From NCBI GenBank assembly GCA_002381695.1, contig DFXM01000001.1, positions 40,809-104,808 of the forward strand: a stretch of DNA of 64,000 nt, written 5' to 3'. The translations under genes and the position numbers were made by a program. This document shows positions 39,831 to 49,862 of the stretch, in pieces; positions within the stretch are counted from its first letter, which is position 1, and each line of letters starts with the position of its first letter. A model generated the notes under the pieces. The model saw only the letters and a list, made by a program, of their open reading frames with translations, did no database searches and was not told the origin of the DNA. Source of the stretch: Clostridium sp. UBA4108 (lineage in GTDB: Bacteria > Bacillota > Clostridia > Clostridiales > Clostridiaceae).

Positions 39831-39945
39831 TGCCGAATTTTAGGCAAAACAGATGCAAAAGTATTTGCATCTGTTTTTTTGCAATTTCATTTTCTCGAAA
39901 ATTCAATGTAAATATTTACATTGCGATAGAGCAAAAAAATTTGCA
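39831..39945. promoter_or_regulatory. candidate upstream activating sequences for the sigma54 activator
   Basis: Three 16-bp dyads: TGCCGAATTTTAGGCA (39831), TGCAAAAGTATTTGCA (39854), AGCAAAAAAATTTGCA (39930). Confidence 0.6.
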
Positions 39946-40044
39946 TATAAAGCAAAATAAAACCGAATATTCTGAACAATGTGTATATTTATACAAGTTT
40001 AGTTATTTTAAAGCATAAATACTTATAATAGTCAGAATTTAAGT

Positions 40045-40060
40045 TGGCACAATAATTGCT
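40045..40060 (+). promoter_or_regulatory. sigma54 (-24/-12) promoter of the ord operon
   Basis: TGGCAC-AATAA-TTGCT, matching the consensus TGGCAC-N5-TTGCW. Confidence 0.92.
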
Positions 40061-40115
40061 GTATATAAAATACAAAATAGTATGAAATATAAGTTTAAAT
40101 AAGGGGGATATTCAG

Positions 40116-41162
40116 ATGAATAATGTTAAGGTTGCAATTTGGGGATTTGGAGCTATGGGAAGTGGAATGGCTAAAATGCTTCTAAAGAAAAAGGGTGTTG
40201 ATATAGTAGGAGTTTGCGATGTACATCCACAAAGAGCAGGAAAAAGTATATATGAGGTTCTAGGAGTTGAAAGAGGAAATAGAGCGGAAGTTATTATTAA
40301 TCCTAAAATAGATGAGGTATTAACAGAGAAATGTTGTGATATTTGTTTATGCGCCACAGATTCTTTCACTAAAAATGCATTTCCAAAATTAAAACTAGCA
40401 TTAGAGAAAAAAGTAAATGTAATTTCTACTGCTGAAGAAATGTCATATCCACAAGCGCAGAATCCAGAAATTGCAGCTGAGTTAGACAGAATTGCAAAAG
40501 AAAATGGAGTATCAATTCTTGGAACAGGAATTAACCCAGGATTAATAATGGATTTATTAGTAGTATGCCTAACTGGATGTATGACAGATGTAGAACATAT
40601 AGAAGCTAAAAGAGTCAATAGCTTATCACCATTTGGTCCAGCAGTTATGGAAGAACAAGGGGTTGGAATGAAGGTAGATGCATTTAAGCAAGGTGTTGAA
40701 GATGGAAGTTTAGCAGGGCATGTTGGATTTGCAGAATCAATTAGAATGATAGGAGATGCTATTGGATGGAATGTAGAAAAATTCGAGCAACAAATGGCTC
40801 CAATAGTAACAAGTGTTGATAGAAAGTCACCATATGGTTTTGCAGCAGCTGGAGATGTAGCTGGAGTGAATATGACTGGCCAAGGATATGTAGATGGAGA
40901 AGCTAAAATAGACATGATACATCCACAACAAATTGAGCCAGAAATGGAAGGAACATATACAGGGGATTATATAACAATAAAAGGAACTCCTGAGGTTAAC
41001 ATGTGCATTAAGCCAGAGGTTGATGGTGGGCTTGGAACTATAGCCATGTGTGTTAATATGATTCCACATGTTATAAATGCGGATCCTGGTTTAAAAACCA
41101 TGATAGATTTACCAGTGCCAAGAGCTATAATGGGGGATTTTAGAAACTTTATAAAAAGATAG
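40116..41162 (+). CDS. ord: 2,4-diaminopentanoate dehydrogenase
   Basis: Rossmann GFGAMG, STAEEMSYP, LGTGINPG, HPQQIEP; first gene of the ornithine oxidation cluster. Confidence 0.93.
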   Translation: MNNVKVAIWGFGAMGSGMAKMLLKKKGVDIVGVCDVHPQRAGKSIYEVLGVERGNRAEVIINPKIDEVLTEKCCDICLCATDSFTKNAFPKLKLALEKKVNVISTAEEMSYPQAQNPEIAAELDRIAKENGVSILGTGINPGLIMDLLVVCLTGCMTDVEHIEAKRVNSLSPFGPAVMEEQGVGMKVDAFKQGVEDGSLAGHVGFAESIRMIGDAIGWNVEKFEQQMAPIVTSVDRKSPYGFAAAGDVAGVNMTGQGYVDGEAKIDMIHPQQIEPEMEGTYTGDYITIKGTPEVNMCIKPEVDGGLGTIAMCVNMIPHVINADPGLKTMIDLPVPRAIMGDFRNFIKR

Positions 41163-41212
41163 CTTGAAAATAGATAAATATTAATGTTTAAGAAGTTTTG
41201 GGGGTGAATAAT

Positions 41213-41503
41213 TTGATTAAAAAAGGTACGTTTGTAGAGGTAACTACAAAAGTTTTAGATTGTGAGGATAGATCTAACGCCATACCTGAAGATACAAAGA
41301 AAACCCCACTTATAATGTGGGTAAAAGGTTTCACAATGAAAGATTGTAATTTAGGAGAAAAAGTTGAGATTGAGACCTCAATTGGTAGAAGAGTAGAAGG
41401 TGAAGTAACAGCTATAGAGCCTGGCTATACCCATGATTTTGGAAATTATGTAAGCGAGATAGCTTACATTGGAAAACAGGCTAAGGATATGCTTTTTAAA
41501 TAG
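41213..41503 (+). CDS. ortA: 2-amino-4-oxopentanoate thiolase alpha subunit
   Basis: PEDTKKTPLIMWVKGF, IGRRVEG, PGYTHDFG; TTG start after GGGGGTG (alternative 41198). Confidence 0.9.
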   Translation: MIKKGTFVEVTTKVLDCEDRSNAIPEDTKKTPLIMWVKGFTMKDCNLGEKVEIETSIGRRVEGEVTAIEPGYTHDFGNYVSEIAYIGKQAKDMLFK

Positions 41504-41523
41504 TTGAAAAAGTAGGTGATATT

Positions 41524-42936
41524 GTGAATAAGTATGAAGTTTTAATGGAAAGAAAAAATGAAATAATGATTAAGTCTGTAGGAATGGACTTTAGTAAATA
41601 TGAAAGTGGAGTTATATCCTTTGATTATGAAGGTATGATGAGAGATATAGGATATTCATTAAGTGATATCATGAGAATTCAAAAGGAAGTTGGTGTTGGA
41701 AATACTCCTCTTCTTGAATTAAGAAATTTAACAGCTTTAGCAAGAAAAGTTTCTAAAACAGGAAAAGCAGCAAGAATTTTTATTAAGGATGAAAGTGCAA
41801 ATCCTTCTGGAAGTTTTAAAGATAGAAGAGCATCTGTTTCTGTTTTTGATGCAAAACAACGAGGATATAAGGGCGTAGCATCAGCAACTTCTGGGAATTA
41901 TGGTGCTGCTGTGGCATCTCAGGCAGCAATGCAGGGCTTGAAGTGCATAATAGTGCAAGAATGCTATGACTCAAAGAAAGTTGGACAACCTGAAATAATA
42001 GAAAAAGGGAGAAAGTGTGATTGTCTAGGAGCTGAAGTTATTCAATTAACTGTAGGACCAGAGCTATTTTATACTTATTTAAATATACTTGAGGAAACAA
42101 ATTTCTATAATGCATCGCTATATTCAGCTTATGGTATCGCTGGAGTAGAGACATTAGGATATGAGATTGCAACAGAGTGTAGAGAAAAGTTTGGAAAAGA
42201 TCCTGAAGTTGTAGTTGTAACCCATGCTGGTGGGGGAAATGTTACAGGCACAGCAAGAGGACTTATTAAAGCTGGAGCAAACGAAACTAAGGTAGTAGGA
42301 GCCTCAGTAGATTTAGAAGGATTACACATGGCAAGCGACAATGATTTTAATAGAAAATCGTTTACAACAGGACATACTGGTTTTGGTATTCCATTTATGG
42401 TATGGCCTGATAGAAGTGATGTACCTAGAAGTGCAGCAAGACCATTAAGATATTTAGATAGATATGCAACAGTTGCACAGGGACAAGTTTTCTATATGAC
42501 AGAACTATTAGCACATCTTGAAGGGCTAGAAAGAGGACCAGCAGGAAATACATCTTTAGCTGCAGCCTTTGTTTTAGCACAGGAAATGAATGATGATGAA
42601 ATCATCGTTGTACAAGAAACCGAATATACTGGCGCTGGAAAACATATAATGCCACAACTTACCTTTGCAAAGAAAAATGGAATAAAGGTTCTTAAAGGAG
42701 ATCCAAAGGATGAAATACCTGGGGAAAATATAATTTTGCCAGAACATCCAAGTAAACTTAGTATAAATGAGAAGGATCTAAATACTTATAGAAGATCCTT
42801 AATTAAAAATAGTCTTAAAAAGATAATTGGAAACATGATAGACATGGTAGAAATAGAGTTTTTATGTGAAGAAACAAAGTTAAATAAGGAAGAAGTTATA
42901 AGTATAGTTAAAGAATATGAATTCAGTGTTAAATAA
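41524..42936 (+). CDS. ortB: 2-amino-4-oxopentanoate thiolase beta subunit (PLP fold II)
   Basis: KDESANPSGSFKDRRA, ATSGNYGAA, THAGGGN, ERGPAGNTS. Confidence 0.93.
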   Translation: MNKYEVLMERKNEIMIKSVGMDFSKYESGVISFDYEGMMRDIGYSLSDIMRIQKEVGVGNTPLLELRNLTALARKVSKTGKAARIFIKDESANPSGSFKDRRASVSVFDAKQRGYKGVASATSGNYGAAVASQAAMQGLKCIIVQECYDSKKVGQPEIIEKGRKCDCLGAEVIQLTVGPELFYTYLNILEETNFYNASLYSAYGIAGVETLGYEIATECREKFGKDPEVVVVTHAGGGNVTGTARGLIKAGANETKVVGASVDLEGLHMASDNDFNRKSFTTGHTGFGIPFMVWPDRSDVPRSAARPLRYLDRYATVAQGQVFYMTELLAHLEGLERGPAGNTSLAAAFVLAQEMNDDEIIVVQETEYTGAGKHIMPQLTFAKKNGIKVLKGDPKDEIPGENIILPEHPSKLSINEKDLNTYRRSLIKNSLKKIIGNMIDMVEIEFLCEETKLNKEEVISIVKEYEFSVK

Positions 42937-42956
42937 AATTACTTGGAGGGAATATT

Positions 42957-43319
42957 GTGAAAAGAGAAGATGATTTTAAGACAAGAAGAGAACATTTAAA
43001 GGATTTAACAGATGAACAACTTTATGAAAGATTTTGGAGTTTAACAGAACAAATAGTAGATCCATTAGTAGAACTTGCAAAAACTCATACCTCATCATCT
43101 ATAGAGAGATCAGTACTATTAAGAATGGGATTTTCAAGCATTGAATCTTCTCAGATAGTAGAAGAAGGACTAAAAGCTGGGCTTTTAGGAAAGGGAATGG
43201 GAAATGTAGTTTTAAAGTATGCCAAAGCTAAAGATATGCCATATTTAGAAGCGGGAAGAGAACTTGGACAAGGTAATGGGTGGAGTGAAGTTTCAGGATT
43301 ATTCGGGGGGGATAACTAA
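42957..43319 (+). CDS. oraS: D-ornithine 4,5-aminomutase alpha (S) subunit
   Basis: KREDDF..RREHL, SIERSVLLRMGFSS, GLLGKG. Confidence 0.93.
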   Translation: MKREDDFKTRREHLKDLTDEQLYERFWSLTEQIVDPLVELAKTHTSSSIERSVLLRMGFSSIESSQIVEEGLKAGLLGKGMGNVVLKYAKAKDMPYLEAGRELGQGNGWSEVSGLFGGDN

Positions 43320-45493
43320 TGCTAGAGCAAAATAAGAAGATAAATGTTAAAGAAATTCTAAAAAACTTAGATAAATATGAGCCTAAGAGAAGAGGATGGC
43401 ATTGGAGAGAAGCCTACAATGGACCTATGGGAGAGTTTAGCTACAAGCAAATAACTAAGCCTTTAAAAAAGAGTAAAGCACTTCCATCAGCTAGAAGCTT
43501 TAATAACATAGATCCTCAACCTATGCCAGTTATAACAACAGAAATAGCATCAGGAAGATTTGAAGATGATATAAGAAGAATGAGAATGGCAGCATGGCAT
43601 GGTGCAGATCATATAATGGTTATAAGAACAGCAGGTCAAAGTCATTATGACAGCCTAATAGAAGGAAGCCCAGAAGGAATAGGCGGAGTACCAATTACAA
43701 GAAAAGAAGTTAGAGCAACAAGAAAAGCTATAGATATGATTGAGGAAGAAGTAGGAAGAGAAATTAATTTCCACTCTTATGTATCAGGAGTAGCAGGTCC
43801 AGATATAGCTGTAATGTTTGCAGAAGAAGGGGTAAATGGTGCACACCAAGACCCACAATATAATGTACTTTATAGAAATATAAATATGGTTAGATCTTTT
43901 GTTGATGCTGCAGTGGCTAAACATATGATGGCTTGGGCAGACATGCTTCAGATTGATGGAGCACATAATGCTAATGCTACAGCTATGAAGGGATATAATG
44001 TAATGCCTGAACTTATGGTACAACATGCTATTAATTCAAAATATTCCGAAAAAGTTGGAATGAAAGCAAGTAACATAGCATTATCTACAGTACCACCAAC
44101 AGCACCACCAGCTCCATGCTTAAGATACGACCTTCCATATGCAGTTGCATTAAGAGACTTATTTAGAAATTATAAAATGAGAGCTCAAATGAATACTAAA
44201 TACATGGATTCTTGTACAAGAGAAGCAACAGTGACTCACTCACTAAACCTTTTGATATCACAATTAACTTCAGCAGATATTCAAAGTACAATAACTCCTG
44301 ATGAAGGAAGAAATGTTCCTTGGCATTATAATAACATTCATGCTGTAAATACTGCTAAACAAGCATTAGTTGGTATGGATGGACTAATGGATATGGTAGA
44401 ACTTAAGAAAGAGGGATATTTACCTGAGAAGGTTAGAGAACTAAAAGAGAGAGCAATACTTTTCCTAGAAGAAATTATTGAAAATCATGGATATTTCAAC
44501 GCTGTTCAAGATGGCTTCTTTGTAGATTCAGGAGAATATCCAGCAAGAAATGGAGATGGAATAGCTCGTAAAATAGATGCTGGAATTGCTGCCAATACAG
44601 TAGTTCCAAGAGATAGTGATTACTTTGCACCAGTATGTGCACATTTTGGATATAATAATGTTCCAGAAGAATATGAGCATGCTTGTGATGCCATAGGAGG
44701 ATGTACTTTCTGTGATAGAAGTAAAATTGTGTATATAGATGAATTAGATGAAGAAGATAATGTGAATAGAAGATTAGAGAAAGTAAAAGAAGATGGAACT
44801 ATAGTGCCAGAAGTTGAATGGAATAAGGACAAATATGTGTCTGTATCATTATTTATACCGGAAGAAGAGAGAATAGCGGAAGCAGCAGCTCTTGAAATGG
44901 GTAAAAATATGAACCTTACAGATGTTGAAATTATTCATAAACAAGTAATGCAAGATGCAGAGGGAACCTTAGTGGAAATAAAGGGTAGAGTTAACTTTGC
45001 AATAAAGAAAGATGAACTTAAAGTTCCAGAAAAGAAAAAATTGTTAGCAGATGATGTGATGAGAGAATATGTTAAAGAGCATCCTATTAAAGTTGTTGCA
45101 GCAACTGTTGGGGAGGATGAGCACTCTGTAGGATTAAGAGAAATAATTGATATTAAACATGGGGGCATGGAAAGATATGGAATAGAAGCTATTTATCTTG
45201 GAACTTCTTGTCCAGTAGAAAAACTGATAGATGCAGCTATAGAAACAAAGGCTCAAGCTATTGTTATCAGTACAATTATTACTCATAATGATGTACACAC
45301 TAAAAATATGCAGAAACTTCACGATCTTTGTGTAGAAAAAGGCGTGAAAGATAAATTTATATTAGTTGCAGGAGGTACTCAAGTAACTAATGAAATAGCC
45401 AAAGCTAGTGGTATGGATGCAGGGTTTGGAAGAGGAACACACGGAAATGATGTAGCATCCTTTATAATTGAAACTTTAATGAAAAGAGATTAA
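43319..45493 (+). CDS. oraE: D-ornithine 4,5-aminomutase beta (E) subunit, AdoCbl/PLP-dependent
   Basis: EIASGRFEDDIRRMRMAAWHGADH, DEHSVG (B12 DxHxxG), IIDIKHGG (PLP lysine). Confidence 0.96.
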   Translation: MLEQNKKINVKEILKNLDKYEPKRRGWHWREAYNGPMGEFSYKQITKPLKKSKALPSARSFNNIDPQPMPVITTEIASGRFEDDIRRMRMAAWHGADHIMVIRTAGQSHYDSLIEGSPEGIGGVPITRKEVRATRKAIDMIEEEVGREINFHSYVSGVAGPDIAVMFAEEGVNGAHQDPQYNVLYRNINMVRSFVDAAVAKHMMAWADMLQIDGAHNANATAMKGYNVMPELMVQHAINSKYSEKVGMKASNIALSTVPPTAPPAPCLRYDLPYAVALRDLFRNYKMRAQMNTKYMDSCTREATVTHSLNLLISQLTSADIQSTITPDEGRNVPWHYNNIHAVNTAKQALVGMDGLMDMVELKKEGYLPEKVRELKERAILFLEEIIENHGYFNAVQDGFFVDSGEYPARNGDGIARKIDAGIAANTVVPRDSDYFAPVCAHFGYNNVPEEYEHACDAIGGCTFCDRSKIVYIDELDEEDNVNRRLEKVKEDGTIVPEVEWNKDKYVSVSLFIPEEERIAEAAALEMGKNMNLTDVEIIHKQVMQDAEGTLVEIKGRVNFAIKKDELKVPEKKKLLADDVMREYVKEHPIKVVAATVGEDEHSVGLREIIDIKHGGMERYGIEAIYLGTSCPVEKLIDAAIETKAQAIVISTIITHNDVHTKNMQKLHDLCVEKGVKDKFILVAGGTQVTNEIAKASGMDAGFGRGTHGNDVASFIIETLMKRD

Positions 45494-45497
45494 AAAA

Positions 45498-45526
45498 CAA
45501 AGGGCATACTAAATGTATGCCCTTTG
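45498..45526 (+). other. intra-operon hairpin between oraE and oraF
   Basis: CAAAGGGCATAC-TAAAT-GTATGCCCTTTG; no long U tail. Confidence 0.6.
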
Positions 45527-45541
45527 AAATAGGAGGAAGTT

Positions 45542-46870
45542 ATGAAAGTTGAATATTTAATAGCAGAAATAGGAAGTACCACTACAGTAGTTACTGCTTT
45601 CAACTTTAAAAATGGAGTAGAAATAGTAGGGCAAGGAAATGGATATACATCTGTAGCTCAAGGAGATGTTACTGTAGGATTAAAGCAGGCAATTATGGAG
45701 ATTGAAAATGAGTTAGGAGAATCTATAGAATATGGAAGAATGCTTGCCACTAGTAGTGCTGCTGGAGGACTTAAGATTACTGTACATGGACTTGTGCAAG
45801 ATATGACTGTAAAAGCAGCTAGAGAGGCGGCACTAGGTGCTGGAGGCATTATAAAAATGGTTACAGCTGGTAGACTTCGGAAGTCAGATATAAAGAAGAT
45901 TAGGGATATAAATCCTAACCTTATTATGATAGCTGGTGGAACGGATTATGGTGAAAGAGAAACAGCTCTTGATAATGCTGAAATCATAAGAGCAGCAGAT
46001 TTAAATATTCCAGTAGTATATTGTGGAAATGTTGCGAACCAAGATGAAATAAAAGATATATTTGAGGGTAAAGAGCTATATGTAATAGATAATGTTTATC
46101 CTAGAGTTGATGAACTAAATGTAGAGCCTGCCAGAGCTATTATACAAAATGCCTTTGAAAAAAATATTACAAAGGCTGGTGGGATGGATAAAATTAAGGA
46201 AATGGTGGATGGTGCCATAATGCCTACTCCAGGTGCGGTTATGGAAGCTACTAAGCTTTTATATGAACTCATAGGAGATGTAGTAGTAATAGATGTAGGA
46301 GGAGCCACTACAGATGTACATTCAGTAACTGAAGGTAGCGTAGATGTCCTTGATATATTAGTTACTCCTGAGCCAAAAGCTAAGAGAACAGTGGAGGGGG
46401 ATTTGGGCGTATATGTAAACAGGAACAATGTGATAGAGCTGCTAAATGACTATGAACTAGAGAACTTGACTAGAGAAGAGATAGAGCAGTATATCAAGCC
46501 TATACCTAGAACAGAGAGAGAAATTAAATGGAGTAGAATATTGACTCAAAAGGCCACCAATGTAGCTGTAAGTAGACATGTAGGATATATAAAGAGACAT
46601 TATGGAGCAGGAAAAAAATTTATAGCCTATGGTAAGGATTTATCCATGGTTAAATATATAGTAGGAACTGGAGGAGCTCTTACAAGATTAGAACAAGGTG
46701 AAAATATCTTAGAGGGAATAAAAGAGACAAAAGAAGAGGTAACTATGAATCCGAGAAAAGATTCTAAGGTACTAATAGATAGTATGTATATAGTAGCCTG
46801 TGCTGGAGTTCTTAGTAGAGAAAATAAGGATGCAGCAATAACTTTATTAAAGGAGAGTCTTAAGATATGA
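45542..46870 (+). CDS. oraF: GlmL/MutL-like putative aminomutase reactivating factor
   Basis: AEIGSTTT, SSAAGGL, PTPGAV, IDVGGATTDVHS, RTVEGDLG; follows oraE. Confidence 0.85.
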   Translation: MKVEYLIAEIGSTTTVVTAFNFKNGVEIVGQGNGYTSVAQGDVTVGLKQAIMEIENELGESIEYGRMLATSSAAGGLKITVHGLVQDMTVKAAREAALGAGGIIKMVTAGRLRKSDIKKIRDINPNLIMIAGGTDYGERETALDNAEIIRAADLNIPVVYCGNVANQDEIKDIFEGKELYVIDNVYPRVDELNVEPARAIIQNAFEKNITKAGGMDKIKEMVDGAIMPTPGAVMEATKLLYELIGDVVVIDVGGATTDVHSVTEGSVDVLDILVTPEPKAKRTVEGDLGVYVNRNNVIELLNDYELENLTREEIEQYIKPIPRTEREIKWSRILTQKATNVAVSRHVGYIKRHYGAGKKFIAYGKDLSMVKYIVGTGGALTRLEQGENILEGIKETKEEVTMNPRKDSKVLIDSMYIVACAGVLSRENKDAAITLLKESLKI

Positions 46871-47994
46871 GAAGAAATTACCCTTGTATTGAAGTTAATT
46901 TAGATAAAATAACTCATAATGCCAATACCTTAAGAAAAATATGTGAGGAAAAAGATATAGATGTAGTTGGCGTAAGTAAGGTGTTCTGTTCAGATAAAAC
47001 TATAGTAGAAGCAATGTTAAAAGGTGGAGTGAAGGCTATAGGAGATTCAAGAATTCAAAATCTAAGAAAACTTTCATCGCTACCCTGTGAAAAAGTACTT
47101 TTAAGGATACCTATGAGAAGCGATGTAGGGGCAGTTGTAAGGTATGCTGATATATCTTTAAATTCTGAATTGGAAACTATAAAGAAATTATCAAAAGCAG
47201 CTGTTAATGCTAAGAAAACTCATAAAGTTATATTAATGGTGGATTTAGGTGATTTAAGAGAAGGCGTATTAGAATATGATGTACTAGATTTAGCTAGAGA
47301 GATAGTCAAGCTTCCTCAAATAGAATTATTAGGAGTTGGAACTAATCTTACTTGCTATGGAGGAGTAATTCCGGATGAAAGCAATCTTGGTAAGCTTATA
47401 GCTATAAAAGAGAAAATAGAAAAGATATTGGAAATAAAATTATCTGTGGTTTCAGGAGGCAATTCTAGTAGTATACACATGGTATTAGACAATACTATAC
47501 CTAAGGGTGTAACTCAACTTAGACTTGGTGAATCCATGTTACTAGGTAATGAAACAGCCTACCAACAAGCTATAGATAATATATATAGGGATGCTTTTAT
47601 ATTAAAGGGAGAAATAGTAGAAGTCAAAAATAAACCATCTGTTCCTATAGGAAAGATAGGGTTGGATGCCTTTGGAGAAGTTCCTAAATTTCAGGATAAG
47701 GGTATTATTAAAAGAGCCATAATTGCATTAGGAAGACAAGACATAAAAATGGATGGGATGATTCCAGTAGATAGTAAGATTAATATAATTGGTGCAAGTA
47801 GTGATCATTTAATATTAGATGTAACTGAAGGTAGTAAAGAGTATAAGTTAGGGGATGTAATAGAATTTTATATGGATTATGGCTGTTTATTGCAAGCTAT
47901 GACTTCAAACTATGTATATAAATATTATATTGATGATGACATGATAAATAGATGTAAAGAGAAAGAAATAGAAGGCGTGATAGATTGCAAATAA
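46867..47994 (+). CDS. orr: ornithine racemase (alanine racemase family)
   Basis: GVSKV, DSRIQN, MVDLGDLREG, SGGNSSS, LRLGES, GASSDHL; ornithine cluster context. Confidence 0.9.
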   Translation: MRRNYPCIEVNLDKITHNANTLRKICEEKDIDVVGVSKVFCSDKTIVEAMLKGGVKAIGDSRIQNLRKLSSLPCEKVLLRIPMRSDVGAVVRYADISLNSELETIKKLSKAAVNAKKTHKVILMVDLGDLREGVLEYDVLDLAREIVKLPQIELLGVGTNLTCYGGVIPDESNLGKLIAIKEKIEKILEIKLSVVSGGNSSSIHMVLDNTIPKGVTQLRLGESMLLGNETAYQQAIDNIYRDAFILKGEIVEVKNKPSVPIGKIGLDAFGEVPKFQDKGIIKRAIIALGRQDIKMDGMIPVDSKINIIGASSDHLILDVTEGSKEYKLGDVIEFYMDYGCLLQAMTSNYVYKYYIDDDMINRCKEKEIEGVIDCK

Positions 47995-48172
47995 AATAAT
48001 ATCGAGGGCCTTTAATAAAAATAGAAGGAGTATAAATAAATTCATAAAAACAGAGAAGGTCAATTACAAAATAAAATAAGTGATTAGCTAGAGTCCTAGT
48101 ATTTAGATAAGTTAATATGCAATTTAATTATCATATATAGTATAATCAGAATATATGAGTTAAGGAGATGAA

Positions 48173-48679
48173 ATGGATATGATTAATTTTACTCAAGAGT
48201 TAGATAAGGCTATAATAAATCTAAATGAAAAAGGAGCTTTTTTAACAGTAAAATCTGGTGATGAGATTAATACGATGACTATAGGATGGGGGAATATAGG
48301 ATATCAATGGAAAAGACCTACCTTTATGGTTATGGTAAGAAAAGTTAGACACACTTATGATTTAATAGATAAAGTTGATAATTTTACTGTTACAATACCT
48401 CTAGATGATAATTTAAAGAAAGAACTTACATTTTGTGGGGTAAAATCAGGCAGAGATTATGATAAATTTAAAGAGTGTAGCTTAAATTTAAAACCAGCAA
48501 ATAAAGTGGATACTCCAGTAATAGATAGGCCTAATGTTTTAACCTATGAATGCAAGATAGTTTATAAGCAAGAGATGGAAAAAGACCTTTTGATAGATGA
48601 AATAAAGGATAGTTGTTATAGGGATAACAATTATCACGTGCTTTATTATGGAGAAATTGTGGATTGTTATAAACTATAA
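48173..48679 (+). CDS. flavin reductase-like (FMN-binding split barrel) protein
   Basis: NTMTIGWG, VRKVRHT, CGVKSGRDYDK, YECKIVY, YHVLYYGEI. Confidence 0.85.
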   Translation: MDMINFTQELDKAIINLNEKGAFLTVKSGDEINTMTIGWGNIGYQWKRPTFMVMVRKVRHTYDLIDKVDNFTVTIPLDDNLKKELTFCGVKSGRDYDKFKECSLNLKPANKVDTPVIDRPNVLTYECKIVYKQEMEKDLLIDEIKDSCYRDNNYHVLYYGEIVDCYKL

Positions 48680-48710
48680 ATAAAAGACGATAATATCGTC
48701 TTTTATTTAT
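48676..48710 (+). terminator. intrinsic terminator
   Basis: ATAAATAAAAGACGATA-A-TATCGTCTTTTATTTAT. Confidence 0.7.
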
Positions 48711-48763
48711 ATAACAAAATGAATTAATGATGTGCCACAATTAATTTAAGGTTTGGGGGGCTT

Positions 48764-49678
48764 TTGTTGAATATTAATGCAGTAAATCAAGTTCTGATAT
48801 TGTTTTTAATGATGCTAGTTGGAACCTATGCTAATAAAAAGAAGATTATTGATGCAAAAGTGGAAAAAGGATTAAGTGATTTAGTTATGCAAGTAACGTT
48901 ACCATGCCTTATTTTTAGCGGGTTTAACTTAGAATTTAGTGAGAAGTTATTAAATAATGGAATTAAGATATTAATATATTCTTTAATAATTCATATAGGG
49001 TTGCTTATCTTTACTAAATACATATATTTTAAGGTTGATCAAGAAAAAAAGCCAACTCTTAGATTTATAACTATATTTACTAATTGTGGATTTATGGGAT
49101 ATCCAGTGTTGCAAAGTATCTTTGGCAATATTGGAGTGTTTTATGCTGCAATGTATAATATGATTTTTACAATATTTGCTTGGACTATAGGTGTATCACT
49201 TTATGCTGGGAAAATATCCTTTAAACAGGCGATAAAGGAGGTTATGAAGAATCCATCTATATGGGCTGTCATAGGCGGTATTATATTATTTATTTCTAGA
49301 ATTAATATACCAGAGCCAATTATGAAAACTATAGAATTAGTAGGTGGAGTAACCACACCTATTGCCATGATGATTATAGGGTCTATGTTGTGTAGATCTA
49401 AATTAAGAGAGGTATTAAGTGAAAAAAGTATCTATTTTGCTTCTTTTATTGCATTAATAGTTACACCATTAATAGTATATGTAACTATGAAAACATTAAA
49501 TTTAGATAGTGAGCTTATTAAAATTTGCACTCTCATTGTAGCAATGCCTGGAGCTGTTATAGCACCAATTATTGCAGCACAATATGATAGTGACTATGTA
49601 TATGCCTCCCAATGTATTTTTTTGACTACAGTACTCTCTATTATAACAGTACCATCGATAATCTATTTCATTATTTAG
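48764..49678 (+). CDS. AEC (auxin efflux carrier) family transporter
   Basis: VTLPCLIF, FTNCGFMGYP, KNPSIWA, TTPIAMMIIG, AMPGA; about 10 hydrophobic segments. Confidence 0.88.
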   Translation: MLNINAVNQVLILFLMMLVGTYANKKKIIDAKVEKGLSDLVMQVTLPCLIFSGFNLEFSEKLLNNGIKILIYSLIIHIGLLIFTKYIYFKVDQEKKPTLRFITIFTNCGFMGYPVLQSIFGNIGVFYAAMYNMIFTIFAWTIGVSLYAGKISFKQAIKEVMKNPSIWAVIGGIILFISRINIPEPIMKTIELVGGVTTPIAMMIIGSMLCRSKLREVLSEKSIYFASFIALIVTPLIVYVTMKTLNLDSELIKICTLIVAMPGAVIAPIIAAQYDSDYVYASQCIFLTTVLSIITVPSIIYFII

Positions 49679-49739
49679 GTTTGGGAAAAGTGTGGATATG
49701 CTTTACATATGAGTAAATAATTAACTTATAAAAAATATA

Positions 49740-49768
49740 TTGACATACACACATGAAAGATGTAGAAT
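49740..49768 (+). promoter_or_regulatory. sigma A promoter of tRNA-Lys
   Basis: TTGACA-N17-TAGAAT. Confidence 0.75.
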
Positions 49769-49786
49769 AAATTTGTAAATTGATGA

Positions 49787-49862
49787 GTGTCATTAGCTCA
49801 GTTGGTAGAGCACCTGACTCTTAATCAGGGGGTCCAGGGTTCGAACCCCTGATGGCGCACCA
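49787..49862 (+). tRNA. tRNA-Lys(CTT)
   Basis: 76-nt cloverleaf: acceptor GTGTCAT/ATGGCGC, D arm AGCTCAGTTGGTAGAGC, anticodon arm CCTGA-CTCTTAA-TCAGG, TTCGAA T-loop, encoded CCA. Confidence 0.97.

Noticed and set aside
39830..40018. 62-aa plus-strand ORF
   Set aside because: Covers the terminator/UAS region and has no RBS.
40112..40915. 267-aa minus-strand ORF
   Set aside because: Lies entirely antisense to the well-supported ord gene, has no recognisable motifs, and its composition is typical of a codon-bias shadow ORF.
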